This document shows positions 49,104-59,818 of a stretch of DNA of 64,000 nucleotides, piece after piece; the stretch's first letter is position 1; each line of letters begins with the position of its first letter. Under the pieces are notes generated by a model. It was not told the origin of the DNA and did not search any database. It saw only the letters and a list, made by a program, of their open reading frames with translations. A program made the position numbers and the translations under genes. This stretch comes from Somniosus microcephalus (taxonomy: Eukaryota): positions 121,272,001-121,336,000 of the forward strand of contig CM126215.1 of assembly GCA_052327205.1 (NCBI GenBank), in the 5' to 3' direction.

Positions 49104-49639
49104 ACGTTAATGCATTTTGTGTTGGCATAGCTAGAGTTTTGATGGCTCATTAGGGTGTAAATCGGGGGTGGAGTATTGTGGGGTGATGTACCATGGAGAT
49201 GGACTGCTTGCTCTCGGAATTACTGAGCCTCACGGTGAGGGAGTTGTATTAGTATTGGTAGAGATACAATCATAAACTGAGCAATGATTCAGCGGCAACT
49301 TCGTATGTTAAATCAGCTTTTTCACATGGCTGGCTCAATAACCCTCCCACACGTGTACTCCCAGTCGTGTTCCTCGGCACTCCACTGCTTCAGCATGGGT
49401 ATTTTTTTTAATATAAGGAATCAACAAGATGTAGATAGAGCAAAACACTAGAAGGCTTTAATGTTAACTATAACTCCTTAGCTCTGTTTAATTTTCCCTC
49501 TTTAAACACAACTTATCCCTGTTTTAGACATGTTATAACCTTCTCCAAGTAAATGCTATCAGGAGAATTATCTGGAAAGAGTTCCTCAGCCCAAAGAATC
49601 AAGGGGTAGAACCAGCACGTATACAAGTAGCGTAGAGTC

Positions 49640-49865
49640 GACTAGTGGTTAGGGTAGTGGGTTAGCACCCCAGAGGTTGCGAGTTCAAAGTCCTGCATGG
49701 CAAGTTGTGAAACTAAATTTAATCATTTAATTAGTGTGGTAATTTGTGGGCTAGCAGCAGAAAATATCCATGAAAGCTGCTGGACTGTTGGAAAAAAACT
49801 AACTGGTTTGCTGATATTCTTCAAGGAAGGGAATCTGCCACTCCTACCTGGTCTACACATGACAA
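49640..49865 (+). mobile_element. Degenerate tRNA-derived SINE-like sequence
   Basis: A-box-like CTAGTGGTTA and B-box-like GAGTTCAAAG; family not identified. Confidence 0.4.
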
Positions 49866-49921
49866 TACGACTTACAATGACCTCGGGGGCGGGTGGGGGG
49901 ACTAGGGATGCTGTCTTGCCT

Positions 49922-50477
49922 GACCACAGGAAATAGTTGAGGCGAATTGCATAGATGCATTTACGAGGAAGCTAGATAAGAAGCACGTGAGGGAGAAAGG
50001 AATAGAAGAAGATGCTGATAGGGTGAGATGAAGAGCTGTGGAAGGAGGCTCGTGAGGAGAATAAACACTGGCATGGACGAGTTGGGCCGAATGGCCTGTT
50101 TCTGTGCTGTAAAATTCTATGTAATGTAATTCTATGCCCCCACTTGTGGGGGAGTCCAAAACGATGGACCATAATTATAAAATAGTCACCAATAAATCCA
50201 AGAGGAAATTCAGGAGGAATTTCTTTACCCAGAGAGTGGTGAGAATGTGGAACTCGCCACCACAAGAGGTAGTGGAGGCAAATAGCAGAGATACAGTTAA
50301 GGGGAAGCTCGATAAGTACATGAGGGAGGAAGGAATAGAAGATTACGCTGATAGGGTGAGATAAAGAGGGTGAGGTGAAGAGGGGTGGGAGGAGGCTTGT
50401 GTGGAGAATAAACACCGGCATGGACCAGTTGGGCCGGATGGCCTGTTTCTAATCTGTACATTCTGCGTAATTCTATG
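49922..50477 (+). mobile_element. Two tandem CR1 3' ends
   Basis: ORF FRRNFFTQRVVRMWNS; each copy ends in an ...aattctatgta tail. Confidence 0.8.
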
Positions 50478-50479
50478 TA

Positions 50480-51974
50480 CAAGAAACTCTTTGGTATCCG
50501 GCACCGACGGGACCGGGATGGTGCCGGTTGATTAAAAATTCCAGATGACAGAGAGGGTTATCTACCGAGGCTATTTTTAACAAACAAAAATAAAAAAATC
50601 AAGAAATGTGCAGTATACAGTAATTGGGTACTCACCCACAGAATGTTGTGTTAAATGGATGGTGGAAGATGCTTGATTAAGTACAGTACTGCCAGTTGAG
50701 GGTAATCCATAACTCTTTAATTACTTAACAGTGAAACAAAACTTATATAGTAAACGACTGTATACAGCGCGGGAGAGTCAGACTCCTGTTATTGAGGTGT
50801 TCGGACTTCCGACAGCGCCAAGAAGCCGAGTAGTGGCAGTTTGGAGAACTACCCCCACTGACGAACTTGGTCACCGCGGGAGACTCGGACTCGGGCTCGG
50901 CAACATTTCCAGTTATTGAGGTGTTGTTTTTGGAGTATGAATTTTGCCGGTTAATACAGGAAACTTTCGTTTAACCGGAGGTTAAAAGTCCGGAAAGCTC
51001 TATCTACCGGCAAAATTCAGGAGCCGTTTCCTATAAGTTTTTTTACTTCTCGTTGCTTTTTTTTCCCAGTCAGGCTCTGCAAGGTCTAGCTGAAGCTGTT
51101 GCTTAGCTACAGAGACGCTTTTAAGCTGCGGCCGACTGTTTTGACAGGGTATGTTGATTCACACGGCGCTGTAAAGGTCCCTGGCCTAGAAATTGGGTTG
51201 TGGGTTCGCCAGGGCTGTAGCGCCAGAAATTTTGCGCCAGCGTTAATGCGGCAGCGCCCGACGAAAATTCGGTTGCGCCGGGCCCAGACGGCGGCGGGTG
51301 CTAAAGGAGGGTTTTAGCGCCTCAAAACGGGCGTTCAATTGGGTTTTCCGGCGCTAATCCCCCGCTGCGGCACCCAATGCGGTGCGGCAGGCTGGGGAAC
51401 TGCAGGCCTCCTCCTTCTGTTAAGGAGGAGCTGCCTGCAGCCGACAACTGACCGGCGGATTCCCCCGACATCTGAGCCCGGCACCTCGGGGAAGTGCCGG
51501 GCTCGCAGCACACACACATCAGGGCCGCGGGGGGGGTGATGCAGGAGTCCGGGAAGGGAGGTGCGGGCAGGCGGCCGCCGGGAACGCGGCCGGCCGCCGC
51601 TCCACCTTTATGCGCCGGCGCAAAGGTGTGTAAGAACCCTTTCCACAATCGTTGGTTGCGCCTGCCACGGGCGAGGCGGGCGCAACTGAATTTGGGCTTG
51701 GGGCCGGGTTACCACGGCAACCGGGACGCTGCGCACACCGATGACGTCATCGGTGCCGGCGCAGCGCTACCGGCTAACGCCGATGGTAAGGCCCAAGTCA
51801 ATTTCAGAAACGGCTATAATTCCAGCGCAATGCCCTCCAGCGCCGCTAATTGGGTGCTAACCCCACTCAATTTCTAGGCCCGTATGTTTTAACATTAGCG
51901 CTGGTTTATACAGCGGTTTTGATGGGACGGCACCAAATCGGTCCCATCAGTGCCGGATACCAGAAAGTTTCTTG
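50480..51974. mobile_element. Non-autonomous Tc1/mariner-pogo (Tigger-like) DNA transposon
   Basis: ~35-bp TIRs CAAGAAACTCTTTGGTATCCGGCACCGACGGGACC / GGTCCCATCAGTGCCGGATACCAGAAAGTTTCTTG with TA on both sides; hosts a family A MITE. Confidence 0.85.
51183..51880. mobile_element. MITE family A
   Basis: GGCCTAGAAATTG...CAATTTCTAGGCC; closely similar to 45242-45927; flanks CCT/CGT. Confidence 0.88.
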
Positions 51975-52041
51975 TAGAGAATTCCGGATATTTAGGTGCC
52001 GTTTAAATGAGAGTTTCCTGTATCAGTCTGGAGCTGGATTT

Positions 52042-52933
52042 ACATAAGAACATAAGAACATGAGAAATAGGAGCAGGAGTAGGCCATTCGGCCCCTCGAG
52101 CCTGCTCCGCCATTTAATGAGATCATGGCTGATCCGATTTTGGCCTCAACTCCACTTTATATCTGTTCCCCATAACACTTGACTCCCCTGTAGCTCAAAT
52201 ATCTGTCTATCTCAGCCTTGAATATATTCAATGACTCAACTTCCACAGCTCTCTGGGGTAAAGAATTCCAAAGATTCATGACCCTCTAAGAGAAGAAATT
52301 CCTCTTTATCTCCATCTTAAATGGGCGACCCCTTATTCTGAAACTATGCCCCCTCGTTCTAGATTCCCCCACAAGGGGAAACATCCTCTCAGCATCTACC
52401 CTGTCCAAACCCCTCAGAATCTTATATGTTTCAATAAGATCAACTCTCATTCTTCTAAACTCCAATGAGTATAGGCCCAACCTGCTCAACCTTTCCTCAT
52501 AAGACAACCCCTTCATCTCAGGAATTAACCTAGTGAACCTTCTCTGAACTGCCTCCAATGCAAGTATATCCCTCCTTAAATAAGGAGACCAAAACTGTAC
52601 GCAGTACTCCAGGTGTGGCCTCACCAGTGCCCTGTACAGTTGTAGCAAGACTTCCCTACTTTTATACTCCATCCCCCTTGAAATAAAGGCCAACATCCCA
52701 TTTGACTTCCTAATTACTTGCTGCACCTGCATGTTAACTTTTTGTGTTTCATGTATGAGGACATCCAAATCCCTCTGTACCGCCGCATTCTGTAGTCTTT
52801 CTCCATTTAAATAATATTTTTCTTTTCTATTCTTCCTACCAAAGTGGATAACTTCACATTTCCCACATTATACTCCACCTGTCAAATTCTTGCCCACTCA
52901 CTTAGTCTATCTATATCCCTTTGCTGACTCTTT
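52042..52933 (-). mobile_element. CR1 3' fragment (continues at 53767-53805)
   Basis: 160-aa ORF with RPHLEYCVQFWSP; (TTCTTATG)n tail. Confidence 0.9.
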
Positions 52934-53766
52934 GGGCTCGAATTTCCAAGCCCCGTGGAGGCGGGTTTGGCGGCGGGAGTGGGGGGAAAATTGCAGAATC
53001 GGGGGGCACGAATCCTTCCCGCCCCCAACCTGCCTCCATGCCCGTTTCCCAGGAGGCGGGTACCCGACCCGCACTGGGAGCCGCCTCCCCGAGGCGGGAA
53101 GGGGATTAGTGCCAATTAACTGCCTGTTAACAGGCAGTTTTTGGCCTAATCCCTATTTTTATCCCTGAAGTGCGGGCTGCCCGACGGCTCCAAACCATGG
53201 CAAGTTAGCGAGGCGGACCGTCGGGCTGAAGGGCTTGGAGGGTTCGAGATGTCCGGTGTTCAGGTGAGTGATGGGTGCATGAGTGCAGAGGTAAGTGTGT
53301 TTGGTGTGTGTAAAGTGTTTAAATAAGTTTTACTTACCTTTACTTACAAATGCAGGCTTCTTTCCTTCAGGTCTTGGGAGTCCCTCATCTCACTGGCACA
53401 GAAAGCAGAATGGCCGCAAGCTGTCATAAGTTGCAGCATTCTGCTTTCTGGTCTGGAGAGCTCTTTAACTGAGTCTGTGGAGAAGTACTCAAGTTAGAAT
53501 TCAGATTGTCAGTGTTTGACTGCTTCACAGAGCTGTCAAACGCTGATATTTCATCAGTCAAAAGCTTTTGACAGATGAGATGTCAATCCCTGACGTCACC
53601 TGTAACCGGCTGTCCCTTAATTGGCCTGCTGAGCCCGCTGGGCGGGCTTAACAAGGCCAATCAAGGGAAAATCGCGTGGGTTGGCCACAAATCGATGGAG
53701 GCAGGACTACAACCCAAAAAGTGGGAGTCCCGCCTCCATCACGTCCCCATTGACAAAATCCAGTCC
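52934..53766 (+). mobile_element. MITE family B inserted in a CR1
   Basis: GGGCTCGAATTT...AAAATCCAGTCC; flanks TTT/TAT; the CR1 sequence resumes on both sides. Confidence 0.85.
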
Positions 53767-54154
53767 TATATGTCCTCCTCACAACTTGCTTTCCCACCTA
53801 TCTTTGAACATCTTTAACTTTAAAAGTAATTTGCAGAAAGTACAGCGACACTTCACAGTCAGACCCCAGTGTTCCTGGAGATGGTTCTCTCTCTTATATA
53901 ATGAGGTTGACTCTAGTTTGCATCTTCTACTCACACAAACTGATTAAATTAAGTTATTATTGGGGAATCAGCTTTGACACTTTTAATTATGAAATGGTAA
54001 TCCTGTTAATCTCATTATTTCAGGGTTATTGGAACATTGTAATGAAACTAAATGCCAGCCCATCTTCCAGCTGTTGTTCATCCAATTAAATCCAGGGGAG
54101 AAGAGCAGTGGCTCATTGTATAACTTGAACAAAGTCCGCTTTGGTGAAGCAAAT

Positions 54155-54570
54155 GTTGTTCTCCTTAGAGCAGAGAAGGCTAAGAGGAGATTTGATAAAG
54201 GTGTTTAAAATCATGAAGGGTTTAGATAGAGTAAATAAAGAGAAACTGTTTCCAATGGCTGAAGGGTCGATAACCAGAGGGCACAGATTTAAGGTGATTG
54301 GCAAAAGAACCAGAGGCGACCGAAGGAAAAACTTTTTTACACAACGAGTGGTTAGGATTTGGAATGTCCTGCCTGATCGGGTGGATGATACAGATTCAAT
54401 GGTAGCCTTCAAAAGGGAATTGGACAAATACTTGAAGGAGAAAAACATTGCAGGGATATGGGGAAAGAGCGAGGGGAGTGAGACTAACTGGATTGCTCTT
54501 CGAAAGAGCCGGCGCAGACTCGATGGGCCAAATGGCCTCCTTCTGTGCTGTACTATTCTATGATTCTATA
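54155..54570 (+). mobile_element. CR1 3' fragment
   Basis: ORF LFSLEQRRLRGDLIKVFKIMKG...FFTQRVV; ATTCTATG tail. Confidence 0.88.
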
Positions 54571-54655
54571 ATACTTGGTGAAGTAAATGTTCATCAATGT
54601 TTTTCAGATGCTTTGTGAAAGATTTGTCATAGCTACAGTTCTCCCTACTTTCAAA

Positions 54656-55008
54656 GGCCTGGTGGCATAGTGGTTAGCACTGTTGCCTCACAGCGCCAGG
54701 GACCCGGGTTCGAATCCGGCCTCGGGCGACTGTCTGTGTGGAGTTTGCACATTCTCCCCGTGTTTGCGTGGGTTTCCTCCGGGTGCTCCGGTTTCCTCCC
54801 ACAGTCCAAAGATGTGCGGGTTAGGTTGATTGGCTATGATAAATTGACCCTTAGTGTTAGGGGGATTAAATATGTGGGGTTACGGGGATAGGGTGGGATA
54901 TGTGTTGGTGTAGGGGTTATGGGGATCGGGTGGGATATGTGCCGGTGCAGGCTCGATGGGCTGAAATGGCCTCTATCTGCACTGTGGGGTTTCTGTGATT
55001 TCTGTGAT
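54656..55008 (+). mobile_element. HE1-like V-SINE (elasmobranch)
   Basis: tRNA head (TGGCATAGTGGTTAG / GGTTCGAATCC), V-domain-like GTGTGGAGTTTGCACATTCTCCCCGTG...CTCCGGTTTCCTCCCAC, and a CR1/HER1-derived tail. Confidence 0.85.
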
Positions 55009-55024
55009 ACATACATGTTAATGT

Positions 55025-55562
55025 TATAGAATGATACAGCACAGAAGAAGGCCATTTGGCCCATCGTGCCTGTGCCGGCTCTTTGGTAGAGCTATCCCAT
55101 TAGTCCCACTCCCCCTGCTCTTTCTCCATGGCCCTGTAAATTTATCCTTTTCAAGTATTTATCTAATTCCCTTTTGAGCGTTATTATTGAATCTGCTTCC
55201 ACCGCCCTTTCAGGCAGCGCATTCCAGATCACAACAACTCGCTGCGTAAAAAAATTTCTCCTCCTTTTGGTTCTTTTGCCAATCACCTTAAATCTGTGTC
55301 CTCTGGTTACCGACCCTTCTGCCACTGGAAACAGTTCCTCCTTATATACTCTTCAAAACCCCTCAAGCACCTCTATTAAATCTCCCCTTAACCTTCCCTG
55401 ATCTAAAGAGAACAACCCCAGCTTCTCTAATCGCTCCACATAACTGAAGTGCCTCAGCCCTGGAATCATTCTCGTAAATCTCCTCTGCACCCTCTCCAAG
55501 GACTTAACATCCTTCCTAAAGTGCGGTGCCCACAACTGGACACAATACTCCAGCTGGGGCCC
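55025..55562 (-). mobile_element. CR1 3' fragment
   Basis: ORFs PQLEYCVQLWAPHFRKD and TRGHRFKV...FFTQRVV. Confidence 0.85.
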
Positions 55563-56184
55563 TAACCTAATTGTTGCAATTACATCCTGAGACTCCAATG
55601 ACACAGGGTGCTGAGGCACTTGGATTTACCAGTACAACCGTGTCCAGTTGTAATTCTGCATTAATTACCTTCGTCAATCTCTCGCACCTTCAGTTAAGCA
55701 CGGAAGTCAGCCGAATGTTGGCGAAAACAGAACTTATTTGCCATAGAAGTAATCTCAGCAAATCACATCCACATTATCAAATAAGTGCCATCACAAAATA
55801 GGCATTACCTCAACAAAGCAAAAGTGGCAGGTTTTAAATAATCTGCCTTACAATTCCTTCGATGCTTCCTGCATGTTTGGAGGTACCAAACAAAGTAATG
55901 TTTTTTGAACAAAATAAATACAGCTTTTGGTATCTGTCAGAGAGTGGATTTACCTGGGGCTTACCTAAAAAAAAAATCAAATTAGCAGACTGATTTATTA
56001 GGCTATAGGGTGATTTGTTTTTAATACCGAAAAACAAGCAAGAAACTCGAATAAAATATAAAACTAATGAGCGGCTTTCCTCCTCCACCAGCATTCCCAC
56101 AACTGTACTGACTGTTAACGGAAGAGATCCTGTTTCTGTACCATGTGTAAATACAGGATTTTTTTTAAAGACAGCAACAATACC

Positions 56185-57465
56185 TATAGAAACATAGAAA
56201 CATAGAAGATAGGAGCAGGAGTAGGCCATTCGGCCCCTCGAGCCTGCTCCGCCATTCAATTCGATCATGGCTGATCCTCCAAATTCAGGACCTTGTCCCT
56301 GCTTTCTCCCCATATCCCTTGATCCCTTTAGCCTTAAAAAATATATCTAACTCCTTCTTGAATATATTTAATGAATTGGCCTCTACTGCCTTCTTTGGTA
56401 GAGAATTCTACAGGTTCACCACTCTCTGGGTGAAGAAATTCCTCCTTATTTCTGTCCTAAATGGCTTATCCCTTATCGTTAGACTGTGACCCCTGGTTCT
56501 GGACTCCCCGGCCATCGGGAACATCCTTCCTACATCTAGTCTGTCCAGTCCTGTTAGAATTTTATAAGTTTCAATGAGATCCCCTCTCATTCTTCGAAAC
56601 TCCAGCGAGTATAAGCCCAATCGACCCAATCTCTCCTCATACGTCATTCCTGCCATCCCAGGTATCAGCCTGGTGAATCTTCGCTGCACTCCCTCCATGG
56701 CAAGAACATCCTTCCTCAGATAAGGCGACCAAAACTGCACACAATACTCAAGGTGTGGGCTCACCAAGGCCCTGTACAACTGTAGCAAGACATCCTTGCT
56801 CCTGTACTCGAACCCTCTCGCTATGAAGGCCAACATACCATTTGCCTTCTTAACCACCTGCTGCACCTGCATGCTTACCTTCAGCGACTGGTGCACAAGG
56901 ACACCCAGGCCCCGTTGCACTTCCCCTTCTCCCAATCTATTGCCGTTCAGATAATAATCTGCCTTCCTGTTTTTGACACCAAAGTGGATAACCTTGTAGG
57001 AATGGCTAGATTCCTAACTAAAGGACTGAGGTCGAGTCAGTCTATCAAACAAACGATGTTTAATACTATTGAACAGAGTTTAACACGAAAACACAGGAGA
57101 ACTAAATTAGAGGTCTGTACTCTTTGCTGGCTCCACGAGGACTGGCTTGGGCGGCTCCCCAGCCTAATGTCGTGACGTCATCACGTTTTCCCGCCGCTGT
57201 AGGATCACGTGCTCAACGTGTTGACGTCATCGCGTTTGGTCTCATTCTTAAAAGGACCGTGCTATGTACATGCAATAATATGAACAAAGATACAGATTCA
57301 TTCTGTAGCTAATAATTTGTTACAGATAATTATGTACATTAGATCAGAGTCCCCTGGTGGCTCTGCCACAACCTCACATTTATCCACGTTATATTGCATC
57401 TGCCATGCTTCTGCCCAATCACCCAACCTGTCCAAATCATCCTGGAGTTTCTCAGCATCCTCCTA
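56185..57465 (-). mobile_element. CR1/HER1-like 3' fragment interrupted by a solo LTR
   Basis: 175-aa RT ORF closely similar to the 29600-30230 copy. Confidence 0.9.
56995..57370. mobile_element. Solo LTR (376 bp)
   Basis: TG...CA ends with 4-bp TSD ACCT/ACCT; removing it restores the CR1 sequence gtggataacctcacattt. Confidence 0.85.
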
Positions 57466-58374
57466 GACAGACCTCCGCTCCTTCCTCGACCGACGGTGCA
57501 GTCGCTCCAGTATGGCCCGTCTTCCTCTGCTGTGCTTGTGTTTTCCCTCAGATACACATGCATGGCCGAAATGCAGCTGCTCCCCACATTCCCCCCCCAC
57601 AATAAACAAGCGATGCAAAATTGCCGTACTCACATCTGCGATGGGAAGTGCTTGTCCGTACTGCTTGCTTCTTATTTGTGACACTTGAGCCTGGTCCCAC
57701 GCTGTTGCTGCAGGGGAAGTTGCAGCCAGAATCCTTCCGAGCAGCTGTTTCAAAGCGCAAAGTGAGGCATTGTGGAAGGATTGAGAGACGCGGGTGTACA
57801 GATGGGACAGAATAGCACGTTACAGGTTTGGCCTTTTCTGTTAGCCCATAAGGAGACACCGATTGGGGTTGCCCCAGTGCCGTCAACCCAACAACTACGA
57901 CAAAAAAAAAGTCAACCCTTTTTTTTTTAAGAGGGACCCAAATCACAAAAAGACAAAACGAACAGAGCAAATTTAATAATAATGTCATTCCCTGTATCCA
58001 CCATGCCCTCCGGTCCCTGCGGTGCCCACCAGTCACAGAAAGTCTCAAGTGTACTGCCGGACACCTCACGCTCCTTCTGCAGGGCCGCGTACGTTGCAGG
58101 TATGAGAGCATCTCAGGCAGTGCGCCGCAATGTTCCAAAATGTTTTGGCAGCAGGTGAAGATCACTGCCATTAATGTGTGATCAAATAATTGCCCCCCAC
58201 TCCCCCAGTGCGTTAGCAAGGAACCCTCCCTTTTACCTTTGAAGGCAAGGTTTGATTTTAATCCCAGGCTAATTGTAATTTGGGGATCAGCTCTGCACTG
58301 CACTAATTATCCATCATTCTGCACTAATTGTCCATAGTTCCACATGATTGGCCATCACTGGGGCAATTATGCCC

Positions 58375-58875
58375 CTGAAAAGGCTGGGACTCCTTTCTCT
58401 AGAAAAGAGAAGGCTGAGGGGTGCCCTAATAGAGATCTTCAAAATTACGAATGGGTTCGATAGGGTAGAAGATGTTTCCACTTCCAAAACTAGGGGCCAT
58501 AAATGTAAAATAGTCACTAATAAATCCAATAAGTCATTCAGGAGAAACTTCAGGGCTTGACAGGGTAGATGCAGGGAGGATGTTTCCCCTGGCTGGGGAG
58601 TCTAGAACCAGGGGTCACAGTCTCAGAATAAGGGGTCGGCCATTTAGGACTGAGATGCGGAGAAATTTCTTCACTCAGAGGGTGGTGAATCTTTGGAATT
58701 CTCTACCCCAGAGGGCTGTGGAGGCTCAGTCGTTGAGTATATTCAAGACAGAGATCGATAGATTTTTTAATATTAAGGGAACCAAGGGATATGGGGATAG
58801 TGCAGGAAAGTGGAGATGAGGTAGAAGATCAGCCATGATCTTATTGAATGGCGGAGCAGGCTCGAAGGGCCAAAT
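58375..58875 (+). mobile_element. CR1 3' fragments
   Basis: ORFs LGLLSLEKRRLRG and ESRTRGHSLRIRG...FFTQRVV; the tail is cut by the Gypsy LTR. Confidence 0.85.
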
Positions 58876-59818
58876 TGTAGTGTATGTACTTTGAAGAAGG
58901 AACTATATTCTGCAGCCCCTGTATACTGCAGTACCAGTAGTGACCACCCCTGTATATAAGCCTGTGTAGTAACTTTGTATAGTAGTTCCAGGTTTGTCTC
59001 CATTCAGTAAACACCTGTTATAACCAACTTCTGCAGTCCGTGTCTCAATTACACACGGACATTACATTGGCGATGAACAGATCCGAACTTATCTACAGTT
59101 CTGCACCACCTCACGGGGATCCATCCCTGAAGCGAAGTTATTAGAGGTCGAAGCCAGAAGGAAGAAATCCAAAAAAAAACAGAAGAAACGGGTGTCGACC
59201 GTGGGCAACCGCCCTCTGATTCATTGAATTCGAAGATTTGCAGGAGAGGCTGTCGAGAGCTGGGCTTGGTTATCCAATCTATGGTGTTCCAGCTAATCGG
59301 GCTGGTGGCAGGTAGTACACTGATCCTTCCTGGGCTGCGGCGGGCTAGAGCTCGATCAGGTGGCTTTTCAATGGGGCCGAGCAGCGTTCTCGGGAAGAAG
59401 AGAGAGAGAGAGAGGGTGGAGCACACAGGGCACGGCTGGTGCTACGAAGCCGGGCAGCGTACAGACCTGAGAAGAGGGAGGGAAGTGTCCCATAGCATCT
59501 GCTCTGAAGACGGGAACAGTAATTAAAATAAAAGAAAAAGAAATTAGAAGCGCAGAAAGCCGCGAGGAGCTGCAGTTTGCCGCGGGGACCGCGGAGAGCG
59601 GCGTTGGCAGCAGCACGGGGGGAAGCACGCGAAGACCATAGGGCGTCGCCATCAAGGCATAAAAACGCCAGCAACAGTGCTGGCAGCAGCGGAAAAGGCA
59701 GAAAGCACGGGAGGCGCCATCTTAATCCAGCAGGGAAGAAGGCAAAGCGCGGGAGGCACCATTTTGTTCAACCGGGGAAGAAGGCAAAGCGCGGGAGGCA
59801 CCATCTTAGATCTCCAAG

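Noticed and set aside
57548-58303. 251-aa minus-strand ORF
   Set aside because: No recognisable motif or splice context, and it is antisense within an intron; probably a chance frame.
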